Source: Pirellulales bacterium (GTDB lineage Bacteria > Planctomycetota > Planctomycetia > Pirellulales > JAEUIK01). Taken from it: DNA of 64,000 bases. Shown here one piece after another: positions 53,512-63,091 of the stretch (the stretch's first letter is position 1; each line of letters opens with the position of its first letter). A program made the translations under genes and the position numbers. The DNA lies in contig JAIESQ010000006.1 of the NCBI GenBank assembly GCA_019745975.1, forward strand, positions 48,433 to 112,432, given 5' to 3'. The notes under the pieces were generated by a model. It was not told where the DNA came from. It worked only from the letters and a program-made list of their open reading frames with translations, and did no database searches.

Positions 53512-55266
53512 TCAACTAGCCGACGCGGCTGCCGGGCGCGTGCTAGTGCCGGCGGGTTGCGAGCCGGTCGCGGGTGGACGCGCGGGCGTACTGCCCGGCG
53601 TGGTTGTCGCCGGCGGTTTGGCCGGCGCGGGGCGCGGAGTGCTCGGGTTTGCCGCGGGGGCGGTGGTCGGCTGCCGCGGCCGCTGCGGCGCGACCGCCGG
53701 AGCATTCGTCGGAGAAGCTGGCGCGGGAGTCGCTGGTTGGGCGCCGCCGACAGGCATCAGGAAGTTCAATTTCTCCTGCCCCATGTTGGTCCAGAAGGTG
53801 CCCGGCCCGCTGTGAAACAAGCGCAACTGGACGTTGGGGTTGAGCTGGTCGGCTAGCGAATAGCGCAAGTAGGCGTCGGCATCATGCTGGAACGCCTCGA
53901 GCGTAAGCGGGAAGAGCGAGTTCTCGGCCGTTTCGCGGAGTTTGACGACCGAGGCCTCGGCCTCGCCCAAAAGCTGCGTGCGCTGGGCTTCAAGCGCGGC
54001 GATCTTGGCGCCGTACTCGGCCTTGAGCTTTTCGACCGAGGCCTCGGCGCCGGTGCCGAGGTTTTCCACCTGGCGATCGAGCTCGGCCACCATGCGGCGC
54101 GTTTCGGCTTCGACCTCGGCCACGCGCTGCTTGATCAACTGCTGCTCGCGCTCGACGTCCGCTTCACTCTGAGCCGTGGCTTCCTTAGCCTTGTTGGTAC
54201 GTTCGGTTTCGGCGGCGATCTGCTTGTCGCGGATCGGTTGCAAATAATTTTCCGGGATCACGATGTTGCGAATAAACGCCGAGTGGACCGTGACATTCTT
54301 CACTTTGCAAACGCGCGTCAACTCTTCGGTAAACTCCGTTTGAAACCGCTCCCGCTTCGAGCCTTCGAGAAAATCCTGCACTCCGTAGTCGATGCCTTTG
54401 TCGCGGCCGATCGAGTGCGCCTGCACGTCGACGACGTTCTGCTCGATCCGCTCGCGGGCGCCGTACTCGGCCACCAGGTTCGGCATGTCGCTGGGGAGTA
54501 TCTCCCATTCGATCGTGCAGTCCATGCTGATCTGGAAGCCACCGCGGCTGGTGAACGTGATGGCGGTGTTCTGCTGTGGATCCTGGTCGTAGCGGAAAGT
54601 CGTCTGGAAGATGCCCACCTTGGTGAGCGACACTTCGTATTCGCGCGTGTTCAGGTAGTACAAACCAGGCTCGAGCACCGTGGGGACAATTCCCTGATGG
54701 GCGGGGGATTCAGCGAAGCGCCCCTTGCTCGGCAGGCCGAGCTTGCGGCGGAGCACGCCGACAAAGCCCGCTGGAATATCGACGGCGTCGACCAGCTCGA
54801 CGTTGTAGCCGTGCAAGTTGATGCGGTAGGTGCCCGGCGGCAAGACATCGCGGCGGATGCCCTTCTCGCCATCATGTTCAGCGAGCACACGGCCGGGCGG
54901 GAGCGGCTTGCCACCCTTGGAGGTGACGACGCCGACCTTGCCTGGCGGCACGACGAGATTGTCTTCGAGCTCCCAAGTGTAGAGGATCGGCATGACGAAG
55001 TGCCAACCTTCGCCGTGAACGGCGCGGAGCACGCCCTTCTGACCGGGCTCGGCGAGGACTTCGTCGGCGGGCAGTTGCGCCCCTTCCTTGGCCACGACCA
55101 CCAGATGTTTGCCTTGCGGAACGTAGGCGAAGAACTCGTTCCACGTGATCAAAAAGATCACCAGCAGTGCGAAGAACAGCACCGCCAGGACGATCAGCCG
55201 CCGGCGCCAGTAGCGGAACGACAGCGACCCCTTGCGCGGGGCGAAGGATTCGAAAGTCTGGCTCAT
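53512..55266 (-). CDS. SPFH/Band-7 domain membrane protein with coiled coil and Pro/Ala/Thr-rich tail (copy 1)
   Basis: N-terminal TM, prohibitin-like core, EAETRR..coiled coil, and a C-terminal ~80-aa P/A/T tract. Confidence 0.85.
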   Translation of the reverse strand: MSQTFESFAPRKGSLSFRYWRRRLIVLAVLFFALLVIFLITWNEFFAYVPQGKHLVVVAKEGAQLPADEVLAEPGQKGVLRAVHGEGWHFVMPILYTWELEDNLVVPPGKVGVVTSKGGKPLPPGRVLAEHDGEKGIRRDVLPPGTYRINLHGYNVELVDAVDIPAGFVGVLRRKLGLPSKGRFAESPAHQGIVPTVLEPGLYYLNTREYEVSLTKVGIFQTTFRYDQDPQQNTAITFTSRGGFQISMDCTIEWEILPSDMPNLVAEYGARERIEQNVVDVQAHSIGRDKGIDYGVQDFLEGSKRERFQTEFTEELTRVCKVKNVTVHSAFIRNIVIPENYLQPIRDKQIAAETERTNKAKEATAQSEADVEREQQLIKQRVAEVEAETRRMVAELDRQVENLGTGAEASVEKLKAEYGAKIAALEAQRTQLLGEAEASVVKLRETAENSLFPLTLEAFQHDADAYLRYSLADQLNPNVQLRLFHSGPGTFWTNMGQEKLNFLMPVGGAQPATPAPASPTNAPAVAPQRPRQPTTAPAANPSTPRPAPAKPPATTTPGSTPARPPATGSQPAGTSTRPAAASAS

Positions 55267-55290
55267 GGTAGCTCGATCCGTAAAGGTTAA

Positions 55291-55432
55291 GTTCTCAGTG
55301 CTCGGTGTTCAGTTTTCAGTCCGAACAATCGCTGCTTCACTTGTCAGGCATACGGCGACTGACGTTAGGCACTACAGTTCTCAATACGCGAGTGATGGCG
55401 ACCGTTTGCTGAAAACTGAATACTGAACACTC
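55291..55432. repeat. Inverted heptad-repeat arms bracketing the SPFH intercistronic spacer
   Basis: The left arm on the minus strand reads ACTGAAA ACTGAAC ACCGAGC ACTGAGA (55291-55320). The right arm on the plus strand reads GCTGAAA ACTGAAT ACTGAAC ACTC (55408-55432). The arms are mutually complementary. Confidence 0.55.
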
Positions 55433-55436
55433 ATTA

Positions 55437-57230
55437 TTACTCTGGCACCGGAGTGACGACCGGGGGCGCGGCGGTCGAGGCCGCGTCGGTCGTTGCCGGC
55501 GACGTCGTCGGTATGGGTGTCGCTACGGGCGCAATCGAGAGTGCGGCGGGCACGGTCGTCGCCGGCGGCCGCGACGTGAGGTACTCGGCGATCAACCGTG
55601 CGAACTCACTGTCGTCGGACGCAAAGATCTCGGAGATGGCCGGCCCGAGCCGCGCCAGAATCTGGTACTGCGCGTATTGTTGCGCGCTGCCGAAACCGTC
55701 GATCGCCGTTTGCAAGCCAGACACTTTCGCCTGGTTGTTGAGTTGAATGACGGCGGCATCGGCGCGGCCGCGGGCCAAGGTGGCCTCGGCCTGATTACGG
55801 GCCGCGTCGAGGGTCACCTGGGCGTTGGTCAGATCCTGTTTGAGCCCCGATTCCTCAACCTCGAGCATTTGCGTCGCTTTCGTTTTGGCTTGGACGACGC
55901 GCGTTTCGGCTTCGACCTTTTCGCGGGCCTGTTGCTTGAGCGCTTCCTTGGCCTTGAGCTCCTGTTCGGCCTGGTATTGCCGCAGCCGGACGATGTTCTT
56001 TTCGCGCTCCACGCGGGCCAGCTCGCGCTGCGAAATCTGATCCGAAAGCTCGTCGGGCGGGCGCATGTCGGCCAAGGTCACCGCGCGGACGTCGACCCCC
56101 ATCTCGGTGCAGCGCGGCTTGACCTTGCTCAAGAGTGCTTTCTGCAAGACCTCGCGGGCATTCGTCGGCTTGGCGGCCGGCACAGCGGCGGCAGCCGCGG
56201 GTTGGCCCTCGGCGGGAGCGGCAGGTGCAGCCGGGGGCGCGGCGTCGGCCGGCTTCGCGCCGTCGACCGGGGCGACGATGTCCTCGGGCTCGGCCGCCGT
56301 GAGAATAAAGTCGCGAGCGTCGAAGTTGCTTCCCTCGATCCGCGCGTAGCCGCGAATGTGCGGCAGGATCACCTTCTGCAACACTTCGTTGGCCTGCTGC
56401 TCTTCAGGCGTGCTGTCACCTTGATGCAGGATGCCTTCGTCGGTGATGCGGACCAACAGCTCGGGCGCGCTCTCGGGGCGCACGGCGTATTCGACCACGA
56501 CGTAGGGCTTGATGATGAAGCCGTCGCGCGAGGGAAACTCGATGTCGCCCAGACCGACCCGATGGCTGCGAATGTCGATCGGGTCGATGTTCTCGACGTA
56601 CGGATTGATGTAATAGGTGCCAGGGGGGAGGGGCTTGTCCTGCACGCCGCGAAAACCATCGGGAACGGTGTAGGGGCTTTCCCGCTGGTCGGCGGCCAGT
56701 TGACTGGGGTCTTTGCCTACCTTCAGCGTGCGGACGCCGACTTCGTTGATCTTGACTTCGCGCGCCGTCTCGGGCGACCAGCTATAGGCGTAGGGGTTCA
56801 AGCGATAGCTACCGGGGAGCAGCACGTCGCGGACGATGCCGCGCTCGACCGTCGGTTTGTCGCGCGCCAGCACGTCGCCGGCGGCGATTCGTTCGGCCGG
56901 GATCGACTTGCCATACATCCGCGTGAGCACCCGGCACTCGCCCGGTGGGACGTATACCATCTTCTTGCGCTCGTAGGACCAGAAGATGGGATTGAGAAAG
57001 TGCCGCCCTTCAGGGAGCACGTCGAGCATCACGCCTTTGTAGTTGGAGTCGGGCGCGACGATTTCGCCTTCGGGGAGGTTCTTTCCCCAACGCGACATAA
57101 TGACGAGGAACTCGCCCGGCGGCACCTCGATGCGCTCGACTTCCCAGTGCCAGACCTGTTGCACGATGCCCAGACCGACACCGATCGCGATCAGTGTCGT
57201 CCAGAAGCGAGGTCGTTTGTAAAACGCCAT
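55437..57230 (-). CDS. SPFH/Band-7 domain membrane protein (copy 2)
   Basis: Start at MAFYKRPRFWTTLIAIGVGLGIV (TM). Same architecture as copy 1. The upstream 171 codons of the ORF are Ser/Pro/Arg-rich and rejected as non-coding. Confidence 0.85.
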   Translation of the reverse strand: MAFYKRPRFWTTLIAIGVGLGIVQQVWHWEVERIEVPPGEFLVIMSRWGKNLPEGEIVAPDSNYKGVMLDVLPEGRHFLNPIFWSYERKKMVYVPPGECRVLTRMYGKSIPAERIAAGDVLARDKPTVERGIVRDVLLPGSYRLNPYAYSWSPETAREVKINEVGVRTLKVGKDPSQLAADQRESPYTVPDGFRGVQDKPLPPGTYYINPYVENIDPIDIRSHRVGLGDIEFPSRDGFIIKPYVVVEYAVRPESAPELLVRITDEGILHQGDSTPEEQQANEVLQKVILPHIRGYARIEGSNFDARDFILTAAEPEDIVAPVDGAKPADAAPPAAPAAPAEGQPAAAAAVPAAKPTNAREVLQKALLSKVKPRCTEMGVDVRAVTLADMRPPDELSDQISQRELARVEREKNIVRLRQYQAEQELKAKEALKQQAREKVEAETRVVQAKTKATQMLEVEESGLKQDLTNAQVTLDAARNQAEATLARGRADAAVIQLNNQAKVSGLQTAIDGFGSAQQYAQYQILARLGPAISEIFASDDSEFARLIAEYLTSRPPATTVPAALSIAPVATPIPTTSPATTDAASTAAPPVVTPVPE

Positions 57231-57297
57231 GCGAGTAGTCCTGCTGCGTAGTGTTCCGTGTTCAGTGAATTCGTTGTAGCCACGGGGGGCGACGCGA

Positions 57298-58116
57298 TTA
57301 GTTGTGACCGTTGGTTTCGGTTTGGGGGCGCGGACGCGGGGGCTGCGCGGCTTCCGCGGCGGCTTTGTCGGCCAGCGTGCGGTCGAGTTCGGCGCGCAAC
57401 TCGGCGAGCTGCGATTCGAGCACCAGCGGATCGATCGGTTGCGGCTGCCCGGCGATCGCCAGGTCGGCCGTGTCGGCGTAAACGCGTTCCATGGCGCGGG
57501 CGTTGAGGGCCTTCTCTTGCACGAGGCCTTCGGCCTTTTGCCAGTCGGCGACGGCGTTGAAGGGATCGAACTTGTTGGCGATCGCGTATTGCTGTTCGGC
57601 CGTCTTGGCTTCGGCCAGTTGGCTGAGCAGGATGCTGCGGCCGACTTCGTACTGTCGCAACTGCAGCTCGAGCAAGTAGAGCCGGCGGCGCGACTCGGCC
57701 ATGAGCTTGCGCTGTCGCTCGAGCTGCGCGCGGAAATTCTCAATCGCCATCCGCTCGAGGTTCAACTTGTAGAGATCGGCCTGCGCGGCCAGCGCGTCGT
57801 GCTGCGTGGCGTGTTCGCGAGCGTGCTGTTCCAGAGCGGTCACGTTGGCTTCGCTTTGTTCGAGATTGTGCAACAGCTCGGCCTCGGCGATCTCCGCCTG
57901 GGCCACGGCCCTGCGGACCGCGACGACGTGCTGCTCGTGCTGGCGCACGACTTGCGTGAGGATTTCCTCTGGATCCATGCGCTTTTGCGTGATCCAGTTC
58001 CAGCCCTGCTTGACGGCGCTCCAGAGCCGCTTTGGTCCGACGACCAAGGTGAGCAGCAGAAGCGGCAGGCCAAACAACAGCACAAGCCGCAGCACCAGAC
58101 GTTCGAGGTATCCCAT
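57298..58116 (-). CDS. PspA/IM30 (ESCRT-III-like) family protein with N-terminal TM helix
   Basis: MGYLERLVLRLVLLFGLPLLLLTLVV, then MDPEEILTQVVRQHEQ..., and a long heptad coiled coil resembling the PspA/Vipp1 layout. Confidence 0.7.
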   Translation of the reverse strand: MGYLERLVLRLVLLFGLPLLLLTLVVGPKRLWSAVKQGWNWITQKRMDPEEILTQVVRQHEQHVVAVRRAVAQAEIAEAELLHNLEQSEANVTALEQHAREHATQHDALAAQADLYKLNLERMAIENFRAQLERQRKLMAESRRRLYLLELQLRQYEVGRSILLSQLAEAKTAEQQYAIANKFDPFNAVADWQKAEGLVQEKALNARAMERVYADTADLAIAGQPQPIDPLVLESQLAELRAELDRTLADKAAAEAAQPPRPRPQTETNGHN

Positions 58117-58596
58117 GCGAGCAGTTCCGGTCGTCCGGGCGGGCACAGCGACAAGCAGACCCACCGACGGAATCGTGAAAATGTAGCTTGCCGCGATTGT
58201 AGGGGCGCGCGGGGCGGCTGGCCAATGATCGGGCGCGGGAGCGCCGCCGCCGCGGCGCAAAGTCTGCATTGGGTAGGGGACAGATCCACGTTGTCGGGCG
58301 ACATGCATGGGCGCAGCCTGACCTTGACGCGGCGCAGACAAAAGGAACTGTCGCCGACGCGCATCCGCGTGTGGCGAAATGGCAACACGGATGTGGCGTT
58401 GCCGAATGGAGCATGGCACGAACGCGTTGGTTACTTTGACCGTGCGGCATCCGTGAGCTATCCGTTTCAGTAGCGATGGCTTTGATCGCGGGCATTCGCT
58501 CGCGCGCATCGCGAGTTCGGCTCACGGCTGGCGGCCCTGGCTTTTAGTGAGTCGGGCTGGGCACATCCGAACAAGCTAGCAAGTCGCGGTTCTTCG

Positions 58597-59133
58597 ATGC
58601 GTCACGGATACTCCAAGATGACTGGCGTATTTGCACGGCAGCGCTGTTCGCGCGAGCGGCGCGGCGCAGTGGCGGTCGAGGCGGCAATCGTGATGCCGCT
58701 CTTGATCATCATGATGTTCGGCATCTGGGAAGTAGGCCGCCTGATCCAGGTGCAACAGGTGATCACGAACGCGGCCCGTGAGGGTGCGCGCGTGGCGGCG
58801 GGCGGCTACGTTGACGGCACGCCGGTGACGGTGAGCTACGTCCAGACGACGGTCCGCAATTACATGACGGCGTCGGGACTGCCGACGGCGGCGGCGACCG
58901 GCTCCGTGGTCACGCTGACCAACACGAGTGCGAACACCTGGACCGATCCGGTCAATGCCATGCCGCTCGATACGTTTCGCGTGACAGTGCAGATCCCCTC
59001 GGGCGCCGCGTTCAACAGCCTCCCCTGGTCGACCGTGTATCACCTGACGGGCGTGACCAGCTTGCAAGCGATCGTCAATTGGCGTTCAGCCAACGACACC
59101 TTGATTAGCGTCGACTCCTCGTTGCCCTACTAA
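58597..59133 (+). CDS. TadE-like pilus/pseudopilin-type protein 1
   Basis: RRGAVAVEAAIVMPLLIIMMFGIWEVGRL...NAAREGARVAAGG. Confidence 0.8.
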   Translation: MRHGYSKMTGVFARQRCSRERRGAVAVEAAIVMPLLIIMMFGIWEVGRLIQVQQVITNAAREGARVAAGGYVDGTPVTVSYVQTTVRNYMTASGLPTAAATGSVVTLTNTSANTWTDPVNAMPLDTFRVTVQIPSGAAFNSLPWSTVYHLTGVTSLQAIVNWRSANDTLISVDSSLPY

Positions 59134-59145
59134 GTGAACCAGCGC

Positions 59146-59634
59146 ATGAGCCAGCGCAGAGCGATCGACCGACCGAACAGACAAGCCCAGCGCCGCCGAC
59201 GTGGCGCCGCCGCGGTCGAAGCGGCGCTCGTGTTGCCGTTCTTGATGATGTTTCTGTTGGGCGTGATGGAATACGGCCGCTACGTGATGATGCTGCACGT
59301 GCTACAGAACGCCGCCCGCGAGGGGGCCCGGTACGCGATCGCGCACACCGAGCCGGTGGTCGTGTCGGGTGTCACGTATGGCAATGCGACGACCGACGTG
59401 ACGAACGTCGTCAACAATTTCCTGGCTGGCCAATCGCTGAGTGGCCAGACGGTGCAGGTCTACCTATCGGATACCTCGGGGAACAACATCGGTACCTGGA
59501 CGAACGCGGAAGCCGGGGACCTGATCTGTGTGCGCATCAGTGGGAACTTCAATTTCATCGTCCCCAGTCTGCTGCGCGTATCGAGCTCTTTGAACGTGAA
59601 TATCCAGTCGGTGATGCGGAACGAAGCCACGTAG
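59146..59634 (+). CDS. TadE-like protein 2
   Basis: RRGAAAVEAALVLPFLMMFLLGVMEYGRY...NAAREGARYA. ATG 59146; the alternative is GTG 59134. Confidence 0.8.
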   Translation: MSQRRAIDRPNRQAQRRRRGAAAVEAALVLPFLMMFLLGVMEYGRYVMMLHVLQNAAREGARYAIAHTEPVVVSGVTYGNATTDVTNVVNNFLAGQSLSGQTVQVYLSDTSGNNIGTWTNAEAGDLICVRISGNFNFIVPSLLRVSSSLNVNIQSVMRNEAT

Positions 59635-59650
59635 GCATAGGAGCGGCGCC

Positions 59651-62167
59651 ATGTGCGGCAAATGGCAAACTCGACGAACTTCGCAACGGCGCGGTACGGC
59701 GCTGGTATTGGTGGTGCTGGCGCTGATTCCGCTGATGGCCTTCGCGGCGTTGGCGATCGACTTGGGGCTGTTGGCCGTCGCGCGCACGCAGACCCAGCAG
59801 GCCGCCGACGCCGCGGCGATGTCGGGCGCGCGAGCGATCAACGGCAACACGGCCAACAACAACAACTACGCCAGCGTTTCACCAACCGCGACCACGGCCG
59901 CCACGGCCAATTACATTCTCGGGTCGCAGGTGCAATCGAGCCAACTAGCGCTCGACATCGGCCGCTACACGTACAGTAGCGCCAACAAGCGATTCGAAGG
60001 GCAGTTCCCGGGCCCCACTGGCGAGAACTGGAGCCTGGTCAAAGCCACGATCTCGGCCAACGTGAGCACGAGCCTGGCCTTTTCGAAGGTGTTCAACGTT
60101 GGCACGACCAACATGACCGCCATGGCCCTGGCGGCGCATCGGCCGCGCGACGTGGCGGTGGTCCTCGATTTTTCGGGCTCGATGCGCTTCGCGAGCCTGG
60201 TCTCCACACCGACGACAGGCGACCGTTCGTCGAACGTCGAGGATACCGACTATCCGCAGTTCGGACACTACAATTCATCGTCGGCCAGCATGTACCAGAG
60301 CTCGCACACGAGCCCCTACATCGAGCCGAACATCACGACGACGACGAGCGATAACCGCAAACCGGTGATCGAAGACTTCTACACCGACGCCAGCGGCTCT
60401 CCGGCGTTCAGCAAGGCCTCGTCGTCTTACAAGACCACGCCCGGGGGCGACGACCATCTGAAGAGCAACTTCGGCGCGGGTTCGTATGCGTCGACACTCT
60501 CAAGCGTGCTCAACATCGGCTCGGTGAGCAACTCCACCAAGGACACGCAATTCGAGTCGCAAGGCTACAAGGCTTACGGGATGCGCGCCTCTTTCGCGCG
60601 GTACACGCAAGGGCCGAGCTACTACGGCAAGACGTTCTTCATTTGGCCCCCCGATCCGGCTAACGGCGACGACGGTCAGACAAACGATTGGCGCAAGCGC
60701 TATTTCGACTACCCCGGCACTAGCACGCCTATGGACGACAACTCGCGACTGTGGGACAGCTCGGGTAATTGGCGCACGCCCGCTAGCAGCAGCTACCAGA
60801 TCGACTACACGGCGATTCTCAATTTCATCAAGAACATTGGGCCCAATCCGTTCCCGTCGCAGCTCCGCTCGGGGCGCATCCTCTACTACGACGCGATCCC
60901 CAATAGCATCAGCACGGGGAGTTGGCCGCCGTCGAACCAGAACGAACGCTTCTGGAAAGATTATATCGATTACGTACTGGGGCTGATGCAAGATGGCGGC
61001 AGCTCCTGGCAAATCCTCAACGACGGCAACAACGGGCTCACCGGCTACGGCGCTGATTACACCTGGGGCACCGTGCGGATCACCGCGAAGTCGAGCTTGA
61101 CGCCGACGGGCAATCCGGCGACCGCTCCGTTCATGCGCTACGACGACAACCCGCGGCGGCCACGGCTGCACTTCTGGTTCGGGCCGCTGACGATGATCGA
61201 CTTCTTGGGAAACTACAACATGTGGGGACAGGTGACGCCGTACGCTTCGCGCTACGGCTGGTGGCCCGGCACCTGTCACGAATCGCCCATGTACGCCTGC
61301 AAACTTGGCGTGCGAGCTGGCTTGATCGACGCGAAGGACAACCACCCCAACGACATGGTCTCGCTGATCTTCTTCAGCGGGCCCAAGACCAGCTCGACCG
61401 ACACCGGTTCGGGGCGGTTCAATCGCGTGCGAGTGGGGCTGAGCCGCAGCTACGACAACATTATCGAGAGCCTGTGGTATCCGCCGAGCACCATCGGCAA
61501 CTCGAACGCCACGATTCGGCCGTACGACTCCGACAACATGGACGTGCCGCGCGCGATGGGCGCCACCAGCTATTCCATGCCTTTGATGCTGGCCTACAAC
61601 CAGTTCAGCGGCAACACGAGCCTGCAGTCCTATAGCAGTGGGCAACCGAGCGGTGATGCGGGGGGCAACGGTCGCAAAGGGGCCCAGAAGATCATCATTT
61701 TCGAAACCGACGGTGCCCCCAACACAACCGCCACGGCCAGCTTCACCAACGCCGGCTCGCACAACTCGTACTACAACGTACGCTACAACTACAGTAACCC
61801 TGGCGCGAGCCAGTACCCGACCGGCGTCAACGGCTATAGCGACAACGCCAGCACGGTGACGACGCAGATCAACTCGGTCTGCACGCAGATTTGCGCCCTG
61901 GAGACGGCCAGCAGCCCGGGCTATTCGTCGGCGACCAAGAAGGTACAGATTCACTGCATCGGCTTCGGACCGCAGTTCGATCCAGCCACGTCCGGCCAAT
62001 CGACGCGTGTCGCCACGCTCAACGCGATGCAAGTGATCGGCAACGTGAACGACGGCATGCCCAGCTACAAGCTCGTCTACGGCAACGAAACGACGATGAT
62101 CAACAACATGCAGCAGGCATTCACCAAGATTCTGCAAAACGGCATTCAGATTTCTTTGATTCAATAG
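59651..62167 (+). CDS. TadG-like N-terminus plus von Willebrand factor A domain protein
   Basis: RRGTALVLVVLALIPLMAFAALAIDLG...AADAAAMSGA, then the MIDAS motif DVAVVLDFSGSM. Confidence 0.85.
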   Translation: MCGKWQTRRTSQRRGTALVLVVLALIPLMAFAALAIDLGLLAVARTQTQQAADAAAMSGARAINGNTANNNNYASVSPTATTAATANYILGSQVQSSQLALDIGRYTYSSANKRFEGQFPGPTGENWSLVKATISANVSTSLAFSKVFNVGTTNMTAMALAAHRPRDVAVVLDFSGSMRFASLVSTPTTGDRSSNVEDTDYPQFGHYNSSSASMYQSSHTSPYIEPNITTTTSDNRKPVIEDFYTDASGSPAFSKASSSYKTTPGGDDHLKSNFGAGSYASTLSSVLNIGSVSNSTKDTQFESQGYKAYGMRASFARYTQGPSYYGKTFFIWPPDPANGDDGQTNDWRKRYFDYPGTSTPMDDNSRLWDSSGNWRTPASSSYQIDYTAILNFIKNIGPNPFPSQLRSGRILYYDAIPNSISTGSWPPSNQNERFWKDYIDYVLGLMQDGGSSWQILNDGNNGLTGYGADYTWGTVRITAKSSLTPTGNPATAPFMRYDDNPRRPRLHFWFGPLTMIDFLGNYNMWGQVTPYASRYGWWPGTCHESPMYACKLGVRAGLIDAKDNHPNDMVSLIFFSGPKTSSTDTGSGRFNRVRVGLSRSYDNIIESLWYPPSTIGNSNATIRPYDSDNMDVPRAMGATSYSMPLMLAYNQFSGNTSLQSYSSGQPSGDAGGNGRKGAQKIIIFETDGAPNTTATASFTNAGSHNSYYNVRYNYSNPGASQYPTGVNGYSDNASTVTTQINSVCTQICALETASSPGYSSATKKVQIHCIGFGPQFDPATSGQSTRVATLNAMQVIGNVNDGMPSYKLVYGNETTMINNMQQAFTKILQNGIQISLIQ

Positions 62168-62194
62168 ACCGACCCTCCGCGCGCGAGGCCCCCC

Positions 62195-63091
62195 TTGCCC
62201 CGGCTTACTCCCCACGCCTTCGAACTCGATCACGTCACGAAGACCTACCGCAGCGGCTGGCTCGGCCGCCGTGTGCTGCGCGCCTTGGACGATGTCTCGC
62301 TGCGCGTGAGCACGGGGCGCACATTCGGCCTGGTCGGCCCCAACCGTGCCGGCAAGACGACGCTCGTCAAAGTGTTGCTCTCGATCACGCACCCCACATC
62401 AGGGCGCGTCGTGCGGTTGGGCCGCCCCTGGGCCGATCGCAGCACGCTGGCCCGCATCGGCTACGTGCACGAGCGGCAGGCCTTTCCCGGGTATCTCACG
62501 CCGGTGCAATTGCTTGAACTGTACGGACGGCTCTCGGGTGTCGGCCGTCTCGACGTGCGGCGGCGCTCGCAGGAGTTGCTCGAGCGCGTCGAGCTGGCCG
62601 ATCGCGCGGCCTCGCCGATCGCGACCTTCAGCAAGGGAATGGTGCAGCGGCTGGCGTTGGCTCAAGCCTTGGTCAACGAGCCGGAGCTGTTAGTGCTCGA
62701 CGAGCCGACCGAAGGGCTCGACCTGTCGGCCCGCCGACTCGTCTACGAAATCCTGGCCGAGCGCCGCAGCAAGGGGCGCTCGGTGCTGCTGGTGACACAT
62801 CAATTGAGCGATATCGAGCGGTTGTGCGACGACGTGGCGGTGTTGCGCGCCGGGCGCGTGGTGTTCACCGGGTCGCCGAGCATGTTGGTCGATCGTGAGA
62901 CATCGCGCGCTGCCAAGTGCCAGGTCGCCACAGCGCCCGTCGCTCAACTGGTGGCGACGGCCGGCTCCGCGGGTGACGCCGCATCGGGCTGGCCCGACCT
63001 GGAACTGACGGCGCCGCCGCACGCGGCCGCCGATGGCCAATCGGCTTTCGAGTCGGCCATGCAGCACTTGTACGAGGAGGCGCCGGCATGA
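62195..63091 (+). CDS. ABC transporter ATP-binding protein
   Basis: Walker A GPNRAGKTT, signature FSKGMVQRL, Walker B LLVLDEPT. Confidence 0.9.
   Translation: MPRLTPHAFELDHVTKTYRSGWLGRRVLRALDDVSLRVSTGRTFGLVGPNRAGKTTLVKVLLSITHPTSGRVVRLGRPWADRSTLARIGYVHERQAFPGYLTPVQLLELYGRLSGVGRLDVRRRSQELLERVELADRAASPIATFSKGMVQRLALAQALVNEPELLVLDEPTEGLDLSARRLVYEILAERRSKGRSVLLVTHQLSDIERLCDDVAVLRAGRVVFTGSPSMLVDRETSRAAKCQVATAPVAQLVATAGSAGDAASGWPDLELTAPPHAAADGQSAFESAMQHLYEEAPA

Noticed and set aside
53884-57251. Long plus-strand ORFs 53884..55290 and 55677..57251
   Set aside because: Both are antisense to the two SPFH genes, which have TM, SPFH and coiled-coil features. The antisense translations are Leu/Arg/Gly/Asp-rich with no motifs.
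57231-58509. N-terminal extensions of ORFs 55437..57743 and 57298..58509
   Set aside because: The Ser/Pro/Arg/Ala-rich extensions precede obvious TM-helix N-termini (MAFYKRPRFW..., MGYLERLVL...). They would overlap the upstream gene or the divergent promoter region.
60500-62392. 630-aa minus-strand ORF
   Set aside because: It is antisense to the TadG/vWA gene and the ABC ATPase start. The Arg/Val/Ala-rich sequence has no domain signature, while the plus-strand genes have clear motifs.
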